DNA of 62,400 nucleotides, taken from assembly GCA_964469915.1 (NCBI GenBank), contig CAYXZT010000001.1:29938-92337 (forward strand). Reading direction: 5' to 3'. The stretch comes from an uncultured Gammaproteobacteria bacterium (GTDB lineage Bacteria > Pseudomonadota > Gammaproteobacteria > Magnimaribacterales > D2472). The notes under the pieces are model-generated. The model saw nothing but the letters and a program-made list of their open reading frames with translations, had not been told where the DNA came from and searched no databases. Shown here in pieces: positions 49,446-59,788 of the stretch (its first letter is position 1; every line of letters begins with the position of its first letter). A program made the position numbers and the translations under genes.

Positions 49446-50818
49446 TTTTTAATTATCGAGTTGCAGACTGTTGATATGCTTCCAGCACCTTGTGTTATTA
49501 AAATATCAAAGTCATCTTTTCTTTTAACTATTAGATCATTAATATCATCATGATTTTTTAGATAAGTAACATCTTTATGTCCTTGCTGTTTTAAAGTTTC
49601 AACAATAGTTCTTGAATCAATTCCTTTTATGGGCTTTTCACTTGCAGCATAAATATCTAATATCAATAAAGAGTCGACCTTTTTAAGAACTTTTATAAAA
49701 TCGTTGAATAATTGAGCTGTTCTACTGAATCTATGTGGTTGAAAGATCATCAGCATTCTTTTCTTTGGAAATTCTTCTTTGTATGCTTTTATGGTTGAAA
49801 GAACTTCAATAGGGTGATGACCATAATCATCGATAAGTATTTTAGATAATGAATTTATACTAAGTTTATGTTTTTCATACCTTCTTCCAACACCAGTAAA
49901 TTGATGTATTCCTTTTCGAATTGCTGTTAAAGACACCCCCTCTTCCATTGAAACAGCAATTGCTGCTGCTGCGTTATAAATATTATGAATGCCAGGAAGT
50001 TGTATTTTGAATTTATAGATTTTTTCATTATTTTTAATCTTAAAAAGATGAATTCCTTTATCAAATGAAGGTTCGAGTATTTGATAGTCAGCCTGAGCAG
50101 ACTTACCAAAAGAAATTTGCTTTCTTGAGATACGTTTTGAAATTTTTTTAATATTTTTATCATCAATATTAACAATTAAATACCCATAAAAAGGAACATT
50201 TTCTGAAAATCTAATAAATGAATTTAGTAGATTTTCGAAATTATTATCGTAATGAACTAGATGGTCATCATCAATATTAGTTAAAACTGCTATATCTGGC
50301 TGCAGATGAATAAAAGACCCATCACTTTCATCAGCCTCAGCTATCAAATACCTTCCTTCACCTAGATCAGAGTTTTCATCAGTGCTTAAAACCTTGCCTC
50401 CAACAACATAAGTGGGACTTAACAATCCAACAGTAAATATTTCTGCTACCATGCTTGTCGTTGTTGTTTTTCCATGGCTGCCTGCAATTGCAATACTCTC
50501 ATAGCCTTTCATTAAGCTTCCTAACATCTCAGCTCTAGGTATTATTGTGATTGAACTCTTTCTTGCCTCAATAATTTCAGGGTTCTTTAGATCTATTGCT
50601 GATGATACTACGACAAGATTTACATTTTTTATGTTTGCTTGATCATGACCAATATAAACTTTAGCACCATTTTTTTTAAGTTTTTTTAATTCATGCGTTT
50701 CAGTGATATCTGATCCTGACACCTTGTACCCTTTTTTTAGAAGGACTCTAGCAATACCTATCATTCCAGATCCACCAATGCCAATAAAATGAATATGCTT
50801 TATTTTTTTAAAATTCAT
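49433..50818 (-). CDS. murC: UDP-N-acetylmuramate--L-alanine ligase
   Basis: GIGGSGM and the P-loop AGSHGKTTTT are present. Length is 461 aa. Confidence 0.95.
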   Translation of the reverse strand: MNFKKIKHIHFIGIGGSGMIGIARVLLKKGYKVSGSDITETHELKKLKKNGAKVYIGHDQANIKNVNLVVVSSAIDLKNPEIIEARKSSITIIPRAEMLGSLMKGYESIAIAGSHGKTTTTSMVAEIFTVGLLSPTYVVGGKVLSTDENSDLGEGRYLIAEADESDGSFIHLQPDIAVLTNIDDDHLVHYDNNFENLLNSFIRFSENVPFYGYLIVNIDDKNIKKISKRISRKQISFGKSAQADYQILEPSFDKGIHLFKIKNNEKIYKFKIQLPGIHNIYNAAAAIAVSMEEGVSLTAIRKGIHQFTGVGRRYEKHKLSINSLSKILIDDYGHHPIEVLSTIKAYKEEFPKKRMLMIFQPHRFSRTAQLFNDFIKVLKKVDSLLILDIYAASEKPIKGIDSRTIVETLKQQGHKDVTYLKNHDDINDLIVKRKDDFDILITQGAGSISTVCNSIIKKWKV

Positions 50819-50819
50819 G

Positions 50820-51866
50820 CTACTTACTCAAACTCTCTATTATTTTTGAAGAAATTAAAGTCGCAGCGTTAAGGTGCTCTAAATTTGTTACTGCTTTCCA
50901 ACTATTATAAGTTTTTTCCTCAATAACTTGTGTTATCTTTTTCTCAAGTTCATTTATACCATCTTCCTCGCTATGAACTATACCCATTCCAATATTTTCA
51001 ATATATTTTGCATTATGGAATTGATGATTATCTATTGATGATGGCAATGGAATCATTACCATGCCTCTTCCCATAGATGATATTTCAGAGATGCTTAAGG
51101 CTCCAGATCTAGTGATAACAAAATCAGACCATTCGATTAGTGACTGGGGGTTTTGATAAAACTCCTGTACTTCTGCACTAATATTACTTTTTTCATATAA
51201 ATTTATAACATCAGTTAATTTATTGATACCGCATTGATGTTTTACTTTAATATTTTGATTTATATTTTGAAGAATTTTTGGAATATTTGAGTTTAAGTAT
51301 TCAGCTCCTTGGCTTCCTCCAGTAACATATATATTAATTTCATTATTTGTATTGTTCTCACAGCTAGATTTCTTTGAAAAATTATCTCTTATAGGATTAC
51401 CACTTAAAAGATTATTTTTTACATTATTCTTTATAGGCAGCCCTAAAAAATTATATGTTGCAAACTGTGCAAGTAATTTGTTTGCTGATCCCTGAATCGA
51501 GTTTTGTTCATGAGTAAAAATAGGTCTTCTCATAATTACAAACGCTATCGAAGGAGGTATCGTAATAAAGCCACCGAAACCTATCATTGCATCGATTTTT
51601 TCTATTCTTATCAAATTAATAACACGAATAATTCCTAGAGGTATAAGAAAAAGTAATTTCATTTTTGAAATTATGCTCTTTCCTCGATATCCATCCATTT
51701 TTATGGTTTGGTAATTAAAATCTTTTTCACTTACCGCATCTACTTCTATACTTTCTCCAGATCCTAGAAATACTATCTCATGACCCCTTTTTTTTAATTC
51801 ATCTGCAACTGCTATAGCTGGGAATATGTGACCTCCTGTCTTTGCTGCAGATATTAAAATTTTCAT
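50820..51866 (-). CDS. murG: Lipid II-forming GlcNAc transferase MurG
   Basis: N-terminal G-loop AAKTGGHIFPA in a 348-aa protein. Confidence 0.93.
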   Translation of the reverse strand: MKILISAAKTGGHIFPAIAVADELKKRGHEIVFLGSGESIEVDAVSEKDFNYQTIKMDGYRGKSIISKMKLLFLIPLGIIRVINLIRIEKIDAMIGFGGFITIPPSIAFVIMRRPIFTHEQNSIQGSANKLLAQFATYNFLGLPIKNNVKNNLLSGNPIRDNFSKKSSCENNTNNEINIYVTGGSQGAEYLNSNIPKILQNINQNIKVKHQCGINKLTDVINLYEKSNISAEVQEFYQNPQSLIEWSDFVITRSGALSISEISSMGRGMVMIPLPSSIDNHQFHNAKYIENIGMGIVHSEEDGINELEKKITQVIEEKTYNSWKAVTNLEHLNAATLISSKIIESLSK

Positions 51867-51870
51867 TAGC

Positions 51871-52992
51871 TTATATTAATTTGTTTTCATGATTTATTCT
51901 AAGAACTATAGCTATTAAACACATCATTATTATGATGCTGGTACCACCATAGCTTATAAATGGTAATGTTAAGCCTTTTGTTGGGAGTAACCCTATATTT
52001 ACAGCTATATTGAATAACGCCTGTACAGCTATCAATACAAAAATACCAAAAGATGAATAACCTTGAAATAGTCTGCCTTTTTTTAATGAATCTATTACAA
52101 CTCTTAGAATACCAATAAATAAAATTACAAATAAAAATAATACAAACAATCCTCCAATTACTCCTAACTCCTCAACAATAATCGCAAAAATAAAGTCTGT
52201 GTGTGCCTCTGGAAGAAAGAAGTTTTTTTGAAAGCTATTCCCTAACCCAAGGCCAAACCATCCACCCTGACCTATTCCAATTAAAGAATTTGATAGCTGC
52301 CATCCTGAATTATTTATAACTTCGGGGGCAAACGGGTCAGTAAAAGCCATAACCCTAGCAATTCTCCATGGGGAACTATAAACAGCTAAGTACCCTAAAA
52401 GTAAAATTAAGACGGAAAGAAGACTAAACTGAAAAAATGAGATTCCAGCATAAAAAAGAATCGCCACAACTAATAAACATATTATTGCAGTTGAGCCTAA
52501 GTCTGGCTGACTCATAACCAATAAAGCTATTATAAATAAAAGAAAAAGTGGCTTTAAAAAGCTCCTTAAAGAATCTATCTCAGACATTCGTCTCACAGAA
52601 TAACCTGATATGTATAAAATCAAGCTAAATTTGCATATTTCGGATGGCTGAATATTTATTGGTCCAGCTCTAATCCACCTAGTACTCCCATTAACAGTTG
52701 TACCAATATCCGGAAAAAAAAGCGCGCATAGTAAAATAATACTTATGAGCATAAAAACCCAATCAAACTTATATAAAAAATCTGAAGAGATGACAGAAAA
52801 AATTATCATTACTATAAGCCCAATAGATATAAATATCATTTGTCTTGATGCAAAGTGAAATGGATCTGCATAATTTTCATCTGCAAAGTAAATGCTTGCT
52901 GACGAAACCATAATTATTCCTATTGATATAAGGGCTATAAACGGTATTAATATAAGTAGATTATTGATTCTATGATTCATTAAATAACTCAT
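51871..52992 (-). CDS. ftsW: SEDS peptidoglycan glycosyltransferase FtsW
   Basis: A 10-TM SEDS protein with PEAHTDFIFA and LPFISYGGTS motifs. An alternative ATG lies at 52980. Confidence 0.9.
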   Translation of the reverse strand: MSYLMNHRINNLLILIPFIALISIGIIMVSSASIYFADENYADPFHFASRQMIFISIGLIVMIIFSVISSDFLYKFDWVFMLISIILLCALFFPDIGTTVNGSTRWIRAGPINIQPSEICKFSLILYISGYSVRRMSEIDSLRSFLKPLFLLFIIALLVMSQPDLGSTAIICLLVVAILFYAGISFFQFSLLSVLILLLGYLAVYSSPWRIARVMAFTDPFAPEVINNSGWQLSNSLIGIGQGGWFGLGLGNSFQKNFFLPEAHTDFIFAIIVEELGVIGGLFVLFLFVILFIGILRVVIDSLKKGRLFQGYSSFGIFVLIAVQALFNIAVNIGLLPTKGLTLPFISYGGTSIIIMMCLIAIVLRINHENKLI

Positions 52993-54001
52993 GAACTAAT
53001 GAATTAAAACTGCTGCCTCTTTCTTCAAAATTTTTGTAATCATCTCCACTTGGATATCCGGGTGAGAATAAAATATTTTTCTCTAATGATAGATTTTTTA
53101 TAAATTGAAGAGTGTCTTCTAAATCATTAAATATTTGCTTATTAGAGTGAGATATACAATTTTCTATTTCTTTTTTATGTGCTCCGAAAATTAAAATAGC
53201 TTCAGGTCCACTTATGACTAAATTTTTAAATTGCTCTTTTTTGGGATCGCCGCATAACAAAAGAAAATAATTATTAATTCCAAATTTTTGGTTTGCCTTC
53301 TCAACTGCATACTCAAGTGAGTTTGAGTTTGTTGATTTAGAGTCATTAATAATTGAGCTACTAATCTTTTGAAATCTAAATGGCAAGTCTTTAAGATCTT
53401 GAATGGCTGCACTTCTACCTGATATCCATTCATATAGTTTATATGGGTCATCTTCGTAAGAAGTATTTCTTGATTTTAGCAATCGATGTTTTGCTTTCTT
53501 GTAGTCCTCAAAAGTATCATGATAATCTAAATGATCAGGAGTAATATCCAATAAAATACCATAATCTAAGCTTGGATTTTCTGCCTTATCAAGCTGAAAA
53601 CTTGATAGTTCTATGATCGAGTACTTGGAGCCATTGTTGATATGATCTAACATTGGCTCCCCAATATTTCCGATAAGATTTGTTTTAGCATCTCTTTGAA
53701 AAATTTGATGTAAATGATAACAAGTTGTACTTTTTCTATTAGTTCCGCTTATACCAATTTTAATTGATCTATCCTCTTGAAGAAAAATATCAATATCAGT
53801 AAGTACTTTTGTTGAAGACTTTAGTAGCTCAAATGTTTTCCTATCCACTCCAGGGCTACAATATATTGTTTTATAGCGATCCAGTTTAGATATATTTGAA
53901 TTAATATTTTTATCATATATATCATAGTCAATATTTTTCTTTTTTAGATATCTTTCAAAAGATTTTCCTGTAATACCATATCCATAAATCAGGGATTTCA
54001 T
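52970..54001 (-). CDS. murD: UDP-N-acetylmuramoylalanine--D-glutamate ligase (short, divergent)
   Basis: It sits between mraY and ftsW. Motifs are GISGTNRKSTT (P-loop variant), ELSSFQL, ITPDHLDYH, INDSKSTN and a C-terminal NFEERG. I start at the ATG at 54001; the track's TTG start is at 54007. Confidence 0.8.
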   Translation of the reverse strand: MKSLIYGYGITGKSFERYLKKKNIDYDIYDKNINSNISKLDRYKTIYCSPGVDRKTFELLKSSTKVLTDIDIFLQEDRSIKIGISGTNRKSTTCYHLHQIFQRDAKTNLIGNIGEPMLDHINNGSKYSIIELSSFQLDKAENPSLDYGILLDITPDHLDYHDTFEDYKKAKHRLLKSRNTSYEDDPYKLYEWISGRSAAIQDLKDLPFRFQKISSSIINDSKSTNSNSLEYAVEKANQKFGINNYFLLLCGDPKKEQFKNLVISGPEAILIFGAHKKEIENCISHSNKQIFNDLEDTLQFIKNLSLEKNILFSPGYPSGDDYKNFEERGSSFNSLVHELFNES

Positions 54002-54009
54002 CGACAATT

Positions 54010-55095
54010 TTATCTTAGCTTTAGGGTTGCCAAAGCTATTAAAATCAATACAAGAGTAATAATCCAGAAACGCACAATGATTTTTGGCTCAGGCCAACCT
54101 TTAAGTTCATAATGATGATGAATTGGCGCCATTAAAAACACTCTTTTCCCACGTGTCTTAAATGATATAACTTGAATTGCAACACTCAATGTTTCAATAA
54201 CAAATACGCCAGCCATGATTGCAAAAACAAGCTCATGTCTTAGAATAATTGCTAAAATTCCAAGTATGGCACCTAGAGTAAGAGAGCCGATGTCTCCCAT
54301 AAAAATTTGAGCAGGATAGGTATTGTACCAAAGAAAGCCAATCCCTGAGCCTATCAAAGCACCACAGAAAACAATTAATTCACCTGATAATTTTAAATGC
54401 GGTAAATATAAGTAATCTGCAATTATTTGATTTCCCATACTATATGCTATTAATCCAAGAGCTCCGGCAATAAGCACTGAGGGCAAAATTGCTAAGCCAT
54501 CTAAACCATCTGTAAGATTAACTGCATTCGAAGACCCTACTAGAACAAACATACCGATAAGAATAAATACCAATGGACTCATTGGAATTAATAAATCCTT
54601 AAAAAATGGAACGATAAAAGATGTTTCTGGAGCAGCTTCTGCAGAATAAAATAAATATGCTACTGATATAAATGAAAAGGCAATCTGGAGAATAATTTTA
54701 TGTTTAGATGACAAACCATCAGAGCTTTTTTTCTTTATTTTGATGTAGTCATCAATAAATCCAATCATTGCAAAAGAAACTGTTACAAATAAGACAACCC
54801 AAATGTATCTATTGCTTAAATCAGCCCATAATAAAGTTGATATTACCAAAGAAGATAGTATGAGAAGACCTCCCATGGTTGGAGTGCCTGATTTCTTATA
54901 ATGAGATTCTGGGCCTTGAGTTCGAACGTGCTGCTCAAACTGCAAAGATTTCAATAACTTTATAATAAATGGGCCCATTAATATAGAGATCATGAGTGCA
55001 GTCACAGTTCCTCCTAGTGTTCTAACAGTCAGGTATCGCAGAACATCAAATCCAGGATCATAATCAACAAGTACGGTTCCTAGATATTCAAACAT
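54010..55095 (-). CDS. mraY: Phospho-N-acetylmuramoyl-pentapeptide transferase
   Basis: A 361-aa polytopic membrane protein with NLTDGLDGLA and HHHYE motifs. Confidence 0.97.
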   Translation of the reverse strand: MFEYLGTVLVDYDPGFDVLRYLTVRTLGGTVTALMISILMGPFIIKLLKSLQFEQHVRTQGPESHYKKSGTPTMGGLLILSSLVISTLLWADLSNRYIWVVLFVTVSFAMIGFIDDYIKIKKKSSDGLSSKHKIILQIAFSFISVAYLFYSAEAAPETSFIVPFFKDLLIPMSPLVFILIGMFVLVGSSNAVNLTDGLDGLAILPSVLIAGALGLIAYSMGNQIIADYLYLPHLKLSGELIVFCGALIGSGIGFLWYNTYPAQIFMGDIGSLTLGAILGILAIILRHELVFAIMAGVFVIETLSVAIQVISFKTRGKRVFLMAPIHHHYELKGWPEPKIIVRFWIITLVLILIALATLKLR

Positions 55096-56425
55096 TTATA
55101 AATTTTTCCATTTGCATACCTCTTGAGCCCTTTATAAGAACAATATCTCCTTTTGATACGTTCTTTTTTAAGAAAATTTTTAATTCGCCCTCATTATTAA
55201 AAAATATTCCATTTTTTCCAAATTCATCTACAGCATATTTCGCTAAGTCACCAAAACCAACAAAAATATCTATTTTCTTTTTTAGTGCATATTTTCCTAT
55301 ATCTTTATGCATTTGTTTTCTCATTCTACCTAACTCAAGCATATCTCCTAAAACTAAAATTTTTCTTTTTTCTGAATGTGATAAGAGGTCTACAGATTTT
55401 TTTACTGAATCTGGATTTGCATTATACGTATCATCGATTAATGTTGACCTGTTTATCCAATTGCTTTGATTTTGTCTACCAGTCAGTTTGACGTTACTTA
55501 TGTTTTTTACAATGCTTTTTTCAGGCTTGTTTAAAAAAAATAAAACTGCATAAGCAGCTAATATATTTTTAATATTATGCTCTCCTGCTAAATTAATATT
55601 TACTTTTTGTTCAACACAATATTTATCAGATAAGATTGTAAAAGCTGAGCTATTTGTTTTGTATTTAATATTTGATGCTCTAAAGTCAGCGTCTTTATCT
55701 AACCCAAAAGTGATTATGGAAATATCATTACGCATTTTTTTCCATTGACTTTCGTGTTTTCCATTTTCAGATGGAATAACCAAGCAACCATCTTTTTTTA
55801 TATTATTCACGATCTCTGATTTAACCTTAAAGACTCCATTTATGTTTTTGAGGTTTGCAAGATGAGAGTTACCAATATTTGTAATTACTCCAATATGAGG
55901 CTTCAAGAAAGAGCTTAAATAATGAATATCGCCAGGCTTGGCTGCACCCATCTCAATGACAAGTGTATTAGAAGTTCTATTTGCATTCATTATGCTTAGT
56001 GGCATCCCTATTTCATTATTAAAATTTTTAATTGTGCTTGAGCTACCTTTGATGCATTGTGAAATAATACTTGTGGTTGAGGTTTTGCCATTACTACCTG
56101 TTATGCCAACTATTTTACCTTGAAAGCTATTTATTATATTTTTTGATATTTTTTTTAACGCATCTATTGAGTTTGGGACATAGACAATCCGTTTATCATT
56201 TGAATTCTTATATATTTTTTTATCAGTAATTACAATTGAAGCTCCCTTTTTAATTGCCGTATCAATATGATCATTTCCATCAAAGTTATTGCCTTTTATA
56301 GCAATAAATAATGATTTCTTTTTTAAGGTTCGTGTATCAGTAGAAATATCTTTAATAGGAATATTTTTTATAATTTTTATGCCCAAAAATTCTGATACAT
56401 CATTTGAATTACTTATAAATTTCAT
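55088..56425 (-). CDS. murF: UDP-MurNAc-tripeptide--D-alanyl-D-alanine ligase
   Basis: P-loop GITGSNGKTSTT in a 445-aa protein. Confidence 0.9.
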   Translation of the reverse strand: MKFISNSNDVSEFLGIKIIKNIPIKDISTDTRTLKKKSLFIAIKGNNFDGNDHIDTAIKKGASIVITDKKIYKNSNDKRIVYVPNSIDALKKISKNIINSFQGKIVGITGSNGKTSTTSIISQCIKGSSSTIKNFNNEIGMPLSIMNANRTSNTLVIEMGAAKPGDIHYLSSFLKPHIGVITNIGNSHLANLKNINGVFKVKSEIVNNIKKDGCLVIPSENGKHESQWKKMRNDISIITFGLDKDADFRASNIKYKTNSSAFTILSDKYCVEQKVNINLAGEHNIKNILAAYAVLFFLNKPEKSIVKNISNVKLTGRQNQSNWINRSTLIDDTYNANPDSVKKSVDLLSHSEKRKILVLGDMLELGRMRKQMHKDIGKYALKKKIDIFVGFGDLAKYAVDEFGKNGIFFNNEGELKIFLKKNVSKGDIVLIKGSRGMQMEKFINV

Positions 56426-57905
56426 TTACAACCTCGTGATCACTAAAAAAATTAGTTTTTCCAGATATTTCTTGTGTTTCTTCATGTCCTTTACCAAGAA
56501 TAACTAAACAATCATCATCACCTACAAGCTTACTGCCATAAATTATTGCCTCTCTTCTATCTTCTATAGGTATAATTTTTTCTTCTTTATTTCCTTCTAC
56601 AGCATCTTCAAAAATTGAACTAAAATCCTCACTCCTTGAATTATCAGTGGTGAAAATAATATCACTAGCATTAGCTATAGCAGCTTGCATCATTTTCGGT
56701 CTTTTAGATCTATCTCTATCACCGCCACAACCAAAAACTACAATAAGTTTACTGAAATAATTTTTAATTGATGATAAGAATAACTCTAAGCCTTCTGCAT
56801 TATGAGCGAAATCAATTATTACATTTGCAGGTATGTTGTTAATTAATTCAGTCCTTCCCTTAGGAAGATTTAAGTAATTTAAATTATTTATAGCAGATTG
56901 TGAAAAATCAGAAAAGCCAATAGAACAAAGCCCAAATACCAAATTCTCAATATTAAATTCAGGGAATAGTCTGCATGAAAATTTATAAGTTGTACTTGAT
57001 GAAGGGAAATAACCAATTGGAGGATTATTTATTTTTATATTAAATAATGACTTGTCTATATCGGATGAGACTACTTCATAATAAATATCAGCAGATTTAT
57101 TTACTTTACTTATTGATGTTAATTTGTAATTGTCATTTTTTAAATAATTATAATTATCTTCTAATTTTGTAAGATTATCGTTAATCAACATTAAAGGGCA
57201 AGAAGGATTAAATATTTGAAACTTAGCATTAGCATATGCTTTTGAATTACCGTGATAATCAAGATGATCTGTACCAATATTTAATAGAGCTGCTGAATTG
57301 TAAAAAGAAATACCTTTCAATCTTTCTTGACTTAAAGCATGTGAAGAAATTTCGATACAAACTGATACTGAATCATGGAAGTTATAAAAATTAAAAATTT
57401 CAAAGAATTCAAAAATATCTGGTGTCGTTTTTGAAGAAATGCTTTTATTCATTTGTTCATCATTATATTTTGTTCCAAGAGTTCCTATATAAATAGATTC
57501 ATATCCACTTTTTACTAAAATCTGATGAGTTAAATACGCAGTTGAAGTTTTCCCATTTGTACCTGTAAAAGCAAAGTAATTATTTTTATTTTGAATGTCA
57601 TAAAGTTTGTAAAACTCTTCCAAGAAAAGAAATATTTTATTTTTAAAAGTAAATGAATCAAAGATAGATAAATCCTTCACATAGATAACATTATCTTCAT
57701 TGTTTATGTAGTTAGGATCATCGTGGATAACTAATGAGGCTCCTGAATCTATTGCTTCTCCTATATATTCACTGCCGTGAGAGTTTATGCCCTTTAGCGC
57801 AAAAAATACAAATCCATCTTTAACTTTCTGCGAGTTATTAGTAACCCCATTAATAATTACATCTTTTGGGAAATTAACTCCTAAGATACTTTCCAAGCTA
57901 CTCAT
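56409..57905 (-). CDS. murE: UDP-MurNAc-L-Ala-D-Glu--2,6-diaminopimelate ligase
   Basis: P-loop FTGTNGKTSTA. The track start at 57920 is TTG and overlaps ftsI. The ATG at 57905 (MSSLESIL...) lies 2 nt after the ftsI stop. Confidence 0.92.
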   Translation of the reverse strand: MSSLESILGVNFPKDVIINGVTNNSQKVKDGFVFFALKGINSHGSEYIGEAIDSGASLVIHDDPNYINNEDNVIYVKDLSIFDSFTFKNKIFLFLEEFYKLYDIQNKNNYFAFTGTNGKTSTAYLTHQILVKSGYESIYIGTLGTKYNDEQMNKSISSKTTPDIFEFFEIFNFYNFHDSVSVCIEISSHALSQERLKGISFYNSAALLNIGTDHLDYHGNSKAYANAKFQIFNPSCPLMLINDNLTKLEDNYNYLKNDNYKLTSISKVNKSADIYYEVVSSDIDKSLFNIKINNPPIGYFPSSSTTYKFSCRLFPEFNIENLVFGLCSIGFSDFSQSAINNLNYLNLPKGRTELINNIPANVIIDFAHNAEGLELFLSSIKNYFSKLIVVFGCGGDRDRSKRPKMMQAAIANASDIIFTTDNSRSEDFSSIFEDAVEGNKEEKIIPIEDRREAIIYGSKLVGDDDCLVILGKGHEETQEISGKTNFFSDHEVVNEIYK

Positions 57906-59517
57906 CTTCTTTGTACCCAAGATAGTTCAGTGAGCTATCAGCAATTTTTTTAAATAAGGGTGCCGCTACCATCCCACCTGAGTAAGCATTTAAGCCAGGC
58001 TCTTCGATTGAAACAAAGATTGTTAGTGACTTATCAGAAAGTGGTGCTATCCCTACGAATGATGCCCTGTAAGCATCTTCAGCATAACCATTACCATATG
58101 ATGTTTTATGTACGGTTCCAGTTTTACCACCTTCAGTATATCCACGAATATCTGCCTTCTTTCCAGTTCCTATTTTTACAACTTCTTTGAGAGCTTCTAA
58201 GGTATGTTGTGCGGAGTTTTCAGAAATAATTCTGTTTGCATCAACTTCATCACTCTTTATGATTTTAAAATCTTTATATATACCTTTATTTGCAAATACC
58301 GAATATGCCGAGGTAATTTGAAATGGACTTACGGTGAGGCCATAGCCATAACCCAAGCTTGCTAGCTCCTTATCAGCTATTTTTTCTTTTGTATTCATGT
58401 ATCCAAATGCAGCTGATGGAAAGTTAATTGAAATTGGTTTACTAAACCCAAATTCATAATAAGCATTTTTCAATTCTTCATAACCCAGCATAAGAGCAAT
58501 CTTTGAGGCACCAACTTGACTTGAAAAAGCAATTATTTCTTTGGGGCTTAACTTTTCATATCCTTTGTAATCGCTAATAATTTTATCATTAAGCTTAAGA
58601 CGTCTGGGTATTTCAATAGCTTGATCAGGATCAAAAATACTATTGTTGATTGCCGTTGAAAGGAGGATTGGCTTTAGAACAGACCCTAATTCATATGCAT
58701 CAATGAGAGCCCTATTTTTTTGTATTACCCTTCCAGGATCATTTGGGTTGTATGATGGGTAGCTAGCAATAGCAAGAACTTCACCAGTAAAATTATCAAA
58801 TACTAGAGCTGTTCCAGCCTTCGCTTGGTTGTCTTTTATTGATTCCACAAGAAATTTATAAGCATAAAACTGAATGGTTGAATCTATAGTTAGTACTATA
58901 TCTTTACCTTGAACAGTCTTTTCAACCTCAATAGGTTTGGAAATAATTTTTTGTTTAGCGTTCTTATAAATTTTTTCTATGCCATTCTTACCAGAGAGTA
59001 CTGAATCATAGCTTTTTTCTAACCCTTCTTGAGCCCTGTCTTTTCCATAAAAACCTATTAATGGTGCAATTTGATCCCCTAAAGGATAATGTCTGCTGTG
59101 TCTGACTTCAATTTCGAGCTTGTTATTTCGAAGATTCTGAATAATTTTTTGTTCATCTCTAGAAAGCCCTTTTTTAATCAAAGTCTTCTTTGAAAATTCT
59201 TGATTGATGATTGGATTGCCATCAATAGAAATCAGATCATTTATCGATATAAATTCAGATTTTTTTAAACCTTTTAGTGCATAAAGATCATAATTGATAA
59301 TAGAGACAGCTAATGGAAAGTTATTTCGGTCATAAATAGTTCCCCGGATTGGATTGATATTCCTATACTTGATATATTTTTTTTTGCCTTCATTTTTTAG
59401 AAAAATACTGTCATCTATTTGTAAGGATATAATTTTATAAGCTATTGCAAAAATAGCTAAACAAAAAAAAGAACATACTAAAATAAAACGCCAATTTATA
59501 ATGCTAATCTTCTTCAT
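57898..59517 (-). CDS. ftsI: Peptidoglycan D,D-transpeptidase FtsI (PBP3)
   Basis: An N-terminal TM helix with transpeptidase motifs SxxK (GSVLKP) and KTG (GKTGT). Length is 539 aa. Confidence 0.93.
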   Translation of the reverse strand: MKKISIINWRFILVCSFFCLAIFAIAYKIISLQIDDSIFLKNEGKKKYIKYRNINPIRGTIYDRNNFPLAVSIINYDLYALKGLKKSEFISINDLISIDGNPIINQEFSKKTLIKKGLSRDEQKIIQNLRNNKLEIEVRHSRHYPLGDQIAPLIGFYGKDRAQEGLEKSYDSVLSGKNGIEKIYKNAKQKIISKPIEVEKTVQGKDIVLTIDSTIQFYAYKFLVESIKDNQAKAGTALVFDNFTGEVLAIASYPSYNPNDPGRVIQKNRALIDAYELGSVLKPILLSTAINNSIFDPDQAIEIPRRLKLNDKIISDYKGYEKLSPKEIIAFSSQVGASKIALMLGYEELKNAYYEFGFSKPISINFPSAAFGYMNTKEKIADKELASLGYGYGLTVSPFQITSAYSVFANKGIYKDFKIIKSDEVDANRIISENSAQHTLEALKEVVKIGTGKKADIRGYTEGGKTGTVHKTSYGNGYAEDAYRASFVGIAPLSDKSLTIFVSIEEPGLNAYSGGMVAAPLFKKIADSSLNYLGYKEDE

Positions 59518-59788
59518 GTGCTTTCAATATGTATATTTTTTTTGCTTTCCTCTTAATCATGCCAAGCTCTTCTTTAGCAGTTTTTTCTATACTTGCAGGT
59601 GAATTATTGGTGTTAAATTGTGTAATCAGCTTAAGGTTAGTATCTTTAAAGTCCTCATATTCTTTTCTTAGGTTTTCTTGATTTGAGTGTAACCTGCTTA
59701 TTTCAAAAGATAGTTTGACTTTCTCTAAAGATAAAAAACATATAATAAACAAAAATAATAATAAAATATAAGTATTCGTTTTTGTCAT
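59504..59788 (-). CDS. ftsL: Cell division protein FtsL
   Basis: A 94-aa bitopic protein with a TM helix and a leucine-zipper-like coiled coil. It sits between rsmH and ftsI. Confidence 0.7.
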   Translation of the reverse strand: MTKTNTYILLLFLFIICFLSLEKVKLSFEISRLHSNQENLRKEYEDFKDTNLKLITQFNTNNSPASIEKTAKEELGMIKRKAKKIYILKAHEED

